A DNA stretch of 64,000 nucleotides from the human T2T-CHM13v2.0 reference genome, Homo sapiens. Positions 48,967 to 64,000 of this stretch are shown here, in pieces. The position numbers were made by a program, and so were the translations under genes. The stretch is taken from the NCBI RefSeq assembly GCF_009914755.1, contig NC_060925.1. One strand, given 5' to 3'. Position 1 is the stretch's first letter. Each line of letters starts with the position of its first letter. The notes beneath the pieces are model-generated. The model saw only the letters and a program-made list of their open reading frames with translations. It was not told the origin of the DNA and did no database searches.

Positions 48967-51427
48967 GTATGTTATATTTAATAATGGATCGTATCACAAA
49001 ATTTCAAATTATAAAAGCAACACCATATGTCTAAACTAAAATAAAGGGAAGTATACTGTTGTATAAATAATAGTGATCTAGAGACTGTCATCAGCCATCA
49101 ACCTTAAATATCTAGGAAAGGTTGGATTATTTTACTATTGATATCTATATCTAGAAGAAATAGTGGCATAATTCTGATTTTCTTTTAACGTGTTAAATAT
49201 TTAATGTAGACTTAACATTTTTTAGGCAAAATAAAAGGCTCATACTTCAGTAATATAAAATATATGGATGACAAATTATTTAATAAGTTTGTGTCATGCT
49301 TTGGTGAATATGATATCAAATTAAGATAATAAGGTGTTTAGGGAAGAGTGTCATGAAAATGGAATAGTACAAGATATGTGACATGATTATAGTATATATT
49401 ATACAGATTGGAAGAAAATTCTGCCAAAGTGGAAAATTGATCTAGATTTTGAGGTCTTTGATTGTGTTTTTTCATTCATTCAACAAATATTGACCACCTA
49501 CTATGTGCCAGGCACTGTTCTGGGTGTTACGTTTGGATTTCATTTATTTGGTAGAGAGTAGTGATCTAATTAAAGTTTTTTATTGAGCAGGTGACACCTT
49601 TTAATATTTGAGAATGGAATGGGGAGAGATAAAAGGCATTGGAATCAGTTGGAAAGCTATTAAAAGTCATCTTGAAAGTTCTAAAAAAATCTTGGAGAGG
49701 ACTCTGGCCTAGTTCAGTTCACACTTATTCCTGAGTCAATCACTGTGGCTAGGGGATAGAGTAACCTGGCTAAGCCTGAGCTGCATGTCGACTCATAGAG
49801 ATAGAGTTAGCCAGCAGGACTACTGTGGATTTTATAGTAGAGGAATTCTTGCAAGAAAGGGTGCTGGCCAGACCAAACATAGGTTCTCTATCTGGATACT
49901 ATTAGAGTCTATAGAAAGGACATCTAATCCAAACTTGAGCTAGGGCGTGCTTCCTGAAAGAAGTCACATTCAATGTGAAGCCTTAGATTAATAGGGATTA
50001 GTGGAGGACAGGTGGTGGATACAAGTATAGCAGGGAGGATAATATTCTAAGTTAAAAAAACATAAACATTATATGGGTAAGCCTGAAAGTATCAGAGCAT
50101 GGCATATTTAAGTAACTACAAAAAATTCATTGTAACTAAAAGATGGAGTTTAAGGTAGTGGTGGTAGAGGGCAGAGTGAGGAAAGATGAGGGTAGGGAGA
50201 GGTAAGCATGGAGAGATGAAGGTGGGGAAAAATGAGGGTGGATCATTTAAGGCCACCTAAGCTACATTTAAGAGTTTGAGGTCATTGAAGAATTTTGACA
50301 TGAAGATTGTTAAAATTATATTTACACTTTTGAGAGCTGTAAAACTATTGGAATAGTTCAAGGATGAAATAAGGTACCATTTTAAAGGGCTTACAATAGA
50401 CCAGGTGCATTCTAGGTTCTTTCTATGTATTATCTTACTTAACTAGAAGTCATTATTGCTCTTATTTTATAAATTGGGAAATCAGACCTCCAAAGGATAA
50501 AAACCTTCAAAAGGTTACATGACTAAGAGGTAGTAGAGGTGGTCTTCTACATTCTTTAAATTATAACACATTTTCCTCCCTGAAAAGCTATTTTTCCTTT
50601 AGTTCATATTTATTAGTTAAATTCAACCTGAAAAAAATGAACTTAATGTGCTAAATACTTGGTATGTAATTCACTACTTTAAAATTTGTATCAGAGGCCA
50701 CTGCAGATCATTAAGCCTGTTGTTTGTTAATGGAGAAAAACATGAATTTAATTTTTAATGTAAAATAAAATCCTCCATTAAGAATTTAAGACATACTTTA
50801 TTTTGCCAATATAGAAAATATTAGTGACGATTTAAGGAAAAAAATTAAATGCATGACAAATTTTTAGCATATTTCAGTTTTCCATATTTGGATTTCAACT
50901 TACCTGTTAAAACAGTTTCCCAGAAAGAATCCAGGTTGTAAATATTTCCCAGATATTTTGTGTGACATTGAATTTCATTACACTTTTCTTCCCCCAATCT
51001 GCTACCTTAGTTCAGACATTTTTTATTTTATATATATTTTATCTATCTGAGCCTTAGTTTCCTCATCTCTCAAATGGAGATAATACCGATCCTTTCTATC
51101 TCATTGGATTGTTGCAAAGTTCAGAATTAATAAATGTTTGTGAAAGCTATATTTAGGGGATTATAAACATTTATGTACAAGACAATTTAAAAAATTCGAG
51201 ATAAACTGGGAAAGCTGATAAAACATTGCAAAGATAAGAATGATGAATGTTGACATATAAGTAACATGAAAATGATTTTTTTAACTGAGAGAAATTATAT
51301 ATATTAATGGTATACAAAGTGATGTTTTGATATATGTATACATTGTGAAATGATTAAATCATGCTAGTTAACATATTCATCACTTCACATACAAAGATAA
51401 TTTTTTTTTTAAAAAAAGAGATACTGA

Positions 51428-51532
51428 GGCTGAGTATAGTGGCTCACACCTGTAATCCCAGCACTTTGGGAGGCTGGGGTGAGAGGATCACTTGAACCCA
51501 GGAGTTGGAAGTTGCAGTGAGCTATGATTGCA
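51428..51532 (+). mobile_element. FLAM-like Alu monomer, 3' truncated
   Basis: ggctgagtatagtggctcacacctgtaatcccagc...gcagtgagctatgattg. Confidence 0.8.
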
Positions 51533-51713
51533 TTTGTATTTAGATGATCTTTATTGAAATTTGTGATTTTAGTATAATTTTTATATTAATGGAATTACCA
51601 TGATTTTGAAGTGACCTTTATCAGTACTTTATGCAATATTTTTATTAGTCTGAAATTGCCTGTTTCAACTGGTATACTGAATAAAATAGCTATAATTTCT
51701 CACAATTTTTTAG

Positions 51714-51776
51714 TGTAACAATTTAAGGAAACAAGTTGAAAATAAAAACAAGTATATTGAAGAACTTCAGCAGGAG
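51714..51776 (+). CDS. SYCP1: SYCP1 coding exon (63 nt, phase 0-0) CNNLRKQVENKNKYIEELQQE
   Basis: ttttttag acceptor, GAG|GTATGT donor. Confidence 0.96.
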
Positions 51777-51936
51777 GTATGTATTTTTTATAAATATTCT
51801 CAAAATCAAACTGATATTTTCACCACAGTTTTAGAGAATAATGCTTTCCCTTCCTTTAGTAATTTAAGTCTAAGTCAGTAGCAAGGTAAGTTTGAATAAC
51901 TTTAGTACTAAATATAATTATTTTTAATTTTAACAG

Positions 51937-51999
51937 AATAAGGCCTTGAAAAAAAAAGGTACAGCAGAAAGCAAGCAACTGAATGTTTATGAGATAAAG
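51937..51999 (+). CDS. SYCP1: SYCP1 coding exon (63 nt, phase 0-0) NKALKKKGTAESKQLNVYEIK
   Basis: taacag acceptor, AAG|GTATTT donor. Confidence 0.96.
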
Positions 52000-52195
52000 G
52001 TATTTGGCATCTTTATTTTTGTTTTTTAAATACTAATAGATAGATGAGAATTTAGACATTTTATTCCACTTGTTTATACAGTATAAATTCAATTTATACC
52101 ATAACAGTATCAATTGAAAAGTTGAAAGGTTGTTATCTTTTTAAATAGAGGAGATCAACTCTTTTAGTTGTAATAGAGTACACATCTGTGATTTA

Positions 52196-52252
52196 GCATG
52201 CACATATATTCTTAAGCTTGGATTCAAGCAGCTTAAGAATATATGTGCATGC
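52196..52252. repeat. Perfect inverted repeat, 23-bp arms, 11-nt spacer
   Basis: GCATGCACATATATTCTTAAGCT (52196-52218) / AGCTTAAGAATATATGTGCATGC (52230-52252). Confidence 0.97.
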
Positions 52253-53265
52253 ATGAGCTCTTTGTGTGTGGTCATATTCCCTACTTCCATATTAAAAAGT
52301 GAAATTGAGTAAGTGGAATGGATTCTTGGAATCTACATTTTAAAAAGCTCTATGTGTGATTATCCTGCTGCAGAAAGGGATTGAAAACCATTTACTTGTA
52401 TAAAACAAATTAAAGCCTTACAGTGTAAGCTCCTGATATTAGAGCCATATTTTGTAATCTTATTCCTATGTCTTTGAACAATGACTGACAGTAAGTATTC
52501 AATAAATAGTTTTTGAATTATGAATGGAAAACAGCATTTCTCATTGTATTAATTATGTGCTTTTTGGAAGGAAACATAAAAATCTTATACCTTATTTTAA
52601 TAATATTTGAAATTAAAAATATATAAATGTGATTAAAAATTAAGTCAAGTAAGGATTTTCATAAATGGTTGATATTCTATATAAAAGTAGCAGATTCATA
52701 TATCTTATAATTCAGCTCTTCTACTCCTAGGTAGAGTAAGGAGAAAGGTACAAAAATATTCACAGCAACATTCTTTGTATTATCCCCAAACAGAAGACAA
52801 CAAAAATGTCAACCAATAGTATAAAAATCAGTCAATAAAAAATAACACTGAAATAACCCAGATGTTAGAATTAGCAGATAAAGTCTTTTATGCAGCTATT
52901 ATAAACATCTTCAAAGACAGAAAGGAAAATATGGTCATAATGAAAGACTAGATGGGGAATGTCAGTGAAGAAATGGAAACTGAAAATAATCAAATGGAAG
53001 TTTTAGAACTGAAAAGTAAAATGTCTTTAAAAACCAAAACCAAAACAAAAACCAAATGGTCCTAATAGTAGATTGAATACAAATGAATCAAGTGTCAGTA
53101 AACTGGAAGTTGGGTAAGTAGAAATTACCCAGTCAGAAGTACACAGAAGAAGAGTTTTTAAAAGAAAGGAATAGTGCCTCGGTGGCCTGTAGAACAATAA
53201 CAAGTATTTTTAAGTGTGTAATTGGAGTCCCCAAGTAAGAAGAGAGAGAGAATAGGGCAAATAAA

Positions 53266-53561
53266 ATTTTCGTTTTTGAGACAGAGTCTCACTCTGGCAC
53301 CAAGGCTGGAGTGTGCAGTGGAGTGATCACAGCTCACCGCAGCCTCGATCTCCTGGACTCAGGTGATCCTCCTACCTCAGCCTCCTGAGTAGCTGAGACT
53401 ACAGGAGTATGCCATCACATCCAGCTAATTTTTGTATTTTTGGTAGAGATGGGGTTTTGCCATGTTTCCCAGGCTGATCTGGAACTCCTAGGCTCAAGTG
53501 ATCCACCTGCCTCAGCCTCCCAAATTGCTAGGATTACAGGTGTGAGTGACTGTGCCTGACC
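53266..53561 (-). mobile_element. AluJ-type SINE nested in old L1
   Basis: AluJ-like features; degenerate TSD gggca(a/g)a(t/a)aaaatt. Confidence 0.88.
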
Positions 53562-54288
53562 TGGGCAGAAAAAATTAATTGAGAAATTTCTCAAAAATTT
53601 ATCACACTTAAAACAAACTTGCAGATCCATGGCCCTCAGCAAATCCAAAGCAAGATAGGCACAAAACCATATGTAGGCAGTCATATCTTAGTCAAAGTGC
53701 TAAAACCAAAGATAAAAAGAAACTTTTAAAAGCAGACAGAAAAAATGTCACATTGCACAACAGTGACACAGATGATGGCTGACCTTGTATCAGGACAGTG
53801 AAGGTCAGATGACAAAGGAATGACATTTATAAAATGCTAACAAAAATAAACCATCAACCCAGAATTCTGTATGCAGCAAAAAGCTTTATTAAATGAAGAC
53901 AACATGACTTCAAAAGCTGTACCCTAAGCAATACTTAAGGAATTTCTTCAAGTTGAAGGAAAATGGCATTAGATGGAAACTGATCAATGAAAAGCACTGG
54001 AAATAGTAAATATTGAGATGAATTTAAAAGGCGATATATTTTTCTTTTAATTTTAAAATGGTATATATGGCTGCTTAAAGGAAAACAAATTGCTATTATA
54101 GAGTTTATAATCTGTGTGACTACCATAACACAAAGGACAGGGGAGTAAATATAACTATTTTGTTGTAGCATTTTTACATTACATGTGAAATAGTACAATA
54201 TTAACACTTAAATAGAGTTTGGTAAGTTAGTGATACATACTATCCTCCTTAGAGCAACCCCTACAAAATAATGCAACTGAAGTATAGC

Positions 54289-54651
54289 TGTCTTAGTTTA
54301 GGTTTCTAAAACAAAATACCACAGACTGGGTGGCATATAAACAATGAACATTTATTTCTTACAGTACTGGAGACTGGGAATTAAAAAATCAAGTCACTGG
54401 CAGATTCAGTGTCTGGTGGGACCCTGATTCCTGGTTCATAAACAGCCAACTTTTCATTGTGTCTCAAATGGCAGAAGGGACAAGAGAGCTCTCTGGGATC
54501 CTTTTTACAACGTGACACTAATCCCATTAATGAAGGCTCCATCCTTATGACCTAATCACTTCCCACAGGCCCTACCTTCTAATACTATCACACTGGAGGT
54601 AGGATTTCAACATATGAATTTTAGGGGAATACAAATATCTAGTCCATAACA
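54289..54651 (-). mobile_element. MLT1A-like MaLR solo LTR nested in old L1
   Basis: TG...CA termini, 5-bp TSD ATAGC at 54284-54288 and 54652-54656. Confidence 0.82.
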
Positions 54652-57600
54652 ATAGCAAAAAAGTCAGTAGAGGAATTGAAATGAAGTGGAATATGAAAAA
54701 ACTTTGATAAACTCCAAAGGGAGGGCAGAGAAACAAAAAAACAGATATGAATAGAAGACAAATAACATAATGATCTGAACTCAAGCATATCAATAATTAT
54801 ATTAAATGTGAATGGACAAATGTTTTAATAAAAAGGCAGAAATGGTCATGCTAGATTAAAAAAATCAAGGGCAAACCATATACTATTACAAGAGATACAT
54901 TGTATTTAGTATAAAGACACAAAGAGGTTTAAAGGAAAAAGATGAAGGAAAGAAATACTATCATGCCAATAGTAAGCATAAGAAAGTGGAGTGACAATTT
55001 TAATAAGAAATGACAATTTTAATAACAAATATAAGACAAGTAGTATTATTAAAGATCAGTAGGGGCATTTTATAATGATAAAGGTGTCAATTCATTAAAA
55101 AGATATAACAATTAATTAGGTATATCTTTGCACCTAATAATAAAGCTTCAAAATAAATGAAGCAAAAACTTGATAAAATGAGCAATAGAAAATACTATAC
55201 TCATAATATCCCCCTTTCAACAACTGATAGAACAACTATTAAAACATCTATAAGGATGTAGAAAATCTGAACATCACTATTAACTACCTTGATTTAAATG
55301 ATATTTATAGAACACTATATCTGCAACTATAAATTGTTGAAATTCACATAGAATGTTTACCAAAATAGACTACATGCTGAGCCATAAACAAGTCTCCATA
55401 TATTTCAGAAGACTGAAGTCTTACAGAATATGTTCTCTCACTCCAGTAGAATTGAATCAGGAGTAGGTAAGTATAAGATATCTGGAAAAGCCCGGATATT
55501 TGAGAATTAAACATCAGACTAATAAATAATTCATGGGCCAAAGAAGAAATCACAAGGAAAATGATAAATTATTTTAAACGGAATGATGAGATAGACATAA
55601 AACATAAAAATTTGTAAGGTACAAATAAAGGAGCTCTTAGAGGGAAATTTAGAGTTTTAAATGTTTATTTTAGAAAAGAAGAAGTGATCTAGGTTTTTAT
55701 CTAGAAACTAAAAAAGTGAGCAAATTAAATTCACAGAAAGTAGACAAAAGGAAATAATTAGAATAAGACATATCAAATAAATAGGAGAAACAATTAAATG
55801 AAGTCAAAAGTTGATTATTTGAAAATATCAATAAAGCTGATAAGCCCTAGCAGAACTGACCACAAAAAAAGGGAGAGAAAGTAAAATTCACTGCAGGCAA
55901 GAATGAAAGAGTACATAATTAGCATAGATAATACAAGCATTAAAAAGATAAGAAAGGGGGGACTGTGATGGATTACTTCATGCCAGTAAATTTGAAATGT
56001 AGATAAAATGGGCAAATTTCTTATATATCTTTTAGGGAAGTTGAAATTGTCATTAAAATATCTCCTAGAGAAAAATCCAGATCTGGATGATTTCACTGGT
56101 AAATTCTGTCAAACACTTTAGGAAGAAATAATACCAGTCTTCCACAAAAAATAGAAGAGTGAAAACAATTCTCAAGTAGGTTTTTGATACCAAATCCTAA
56201 CAAAGACATTATAATAAAAGAAAATTACAGACCAATATCCATCTGAATAAAAGAAAATTACAGGCCAATATCCCTATGAATATGAGTATAAATATAAAAT
56301 TATTAATAAAGTATTAGTAAATCTAATCTAGATTTTAATACATGATAAAAACCATATTACATCAAACAATTTATCAGAAATGGGATTTATCAGAAATGTA
56401 AGGTTGGTTTAAAATTTGAAGCTATCAGTGTAATTTACTGTACCAAGTAATAAAGGAGAAAAATAATATAATTATCTCAATAGTTGCAGAAAGGCATTTG
56501 ACAGAATTGAACACTTATTCATGATTAAAAAAAAAACTTTCAGCAAACTAGGAATAGATAAGGACTTCTCCAATCTGATAAAGAACATCTACAAAATACC
56601 TACAGTTAGCATCCTATTTACTGATGAAAGGCAGTGTCAAGAGCAATGTCTGCTCTTACCACACCTATTCAACATTGTACTGGAGGCTCTGGCAACAAAA
56701 ATAAATATATACAAATGAGAAAGGAATACATAAAACTGTCTCTTCATAAATGACATGACTATCTACATGGAAATTTCCAAGGTTTCTACAAAGTCACTAC
56801 AAGATTAGTAAATGAATTTGACAAAGTCACTGGATACAAGGTCAATGGCCAAAAATCAATTTTATTTCTATATGCTAACAGCTAGTAATTGAAAAATTAA
56901 TTTTAAAACATGATACCATTTACAGTAGCATAAAAATCCATTAAATAGGGATAAATTTTACAAAATGTGTGCAAGACCCATACAGAGAACAGTACTGAAC
57001 ATTACTGAGACCAATGAAAGAAGACCTAAGTAAATACATATGTACCATATTCACTGATTGGATGTTTTAATGTTTTTAAAATGTCAGATTTCACTGAATT
57101 CATCTAGAGATTCAGTCACCATGATAATTCCAGCAGTATTTTTTAGTAGACTTTTACATACTGCTTGTAAAATGCATGTGAACATCAAAATACCCAACAA
57201 TTTTGAGAAAGTAGAACAAAATTGGAAGATTTAGGTTGCCTGATTTCAAGATTTGCTGTAAAGCTATAATAATTAAGACAATGAGGTATTATTTTTAAGA
57301 TAGACAAAGAGATCAGTGGAATCTAATAGAAAGTTTAGAAATAGACTAAATGTACAGACTGTTAATTTTCAACAAAGATGCAAAAAAATTCAATGGAGAG
57401 AAATGAAAGTCTTTCAACAAATGATTTGGAATAACCAGATATTCATATGGGAAAGAAAAAAAACAAACCTTGACCCTTACATCAGATCATATACAAACAT
57501 TAATTTTAAATGGGTTATAGGCATACAATCTTGAACTCTGAAGTCTTCAGAAGAAAACGTAGGAGGGTACTTTCATGGCCAAGGTCAGCAAAGATTTCTT

Positions 57601-57863
57601 AGGGCAAAGAAAGCAATATTCTTAACATGTCAAATAAGTTAGACTACATCAAAACTTGAAAGATCTGTTTATCAAAAGGCATTATTAAGCAAATGAATAG
57701 ACAAGGTACAAAGAAAAAGAAAACACTGACTAAACATTTATTTGACAGATGACATGTATCCAGAATATATAAATAACTCTTGAAACTCAATAATAAAAAA
57801 ATAAATATCTCAACTCAAAATAGGCAAAAGACTGTAAAATAAACTGGTTAAAATATTGGCAAA

Positions 57864-64000
<6,137 letters not shown>

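Larger units (their letters stand above)
52800..57862 (+). mobile_element. Old degraded L1M (ORF1-ORF2 remnants) in sense orientation
   Basis: A-rich strand; RT-like remnants (LFNIVLEALA in ORF 56521..56718; NLDPY in ORF 57316..57534). Confidence 0.82.

Overview
Primate (human-like) genomic DNA lying entirely inside the + strand gene SYCP1 (synaptonemal complex transverse filament protein 1). The window opens on the last 2 nt of one exon and holds 14 complete coding exons. These total 1269 nt = 423 in-frame codons, KMITAFEELRVQ...KQLNVYEIK, roughly residues 220-642 of the central coiled coil by my recollection of the human protein. All exon phases join correctly, and one intron has a GC donor. 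The introns are dense with transposable elements: about a dozen Alus, a complete MER61A-type ERV1 provirus with a 4-bp TSD, LTR47-, MST- and MLT1-type LTRs, several old L1s, a 5'-truncated L1PA, and a full-length ORF-disrupted L1PA with an open, extended ORF0. Features not explained by exons or standard repeats: (1) a 1.66-kb antisense retrocopy of an unidentified mRNA 3'UTR with poly(A), AATAAA and TSD, 360 nt downstream of the GC donor; (2) a perfect 23-bp-stem hairpin about 200 nt downstream of the last exon; (3) symmetric exons that are exact multiples of 7 codons; (4) overlapping palindromes that look like template-switch scars. Repeat subfamily names and protein comparisons come from memory of consensus sequences and need a database check. 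Boundaries of old repeats are approximate.
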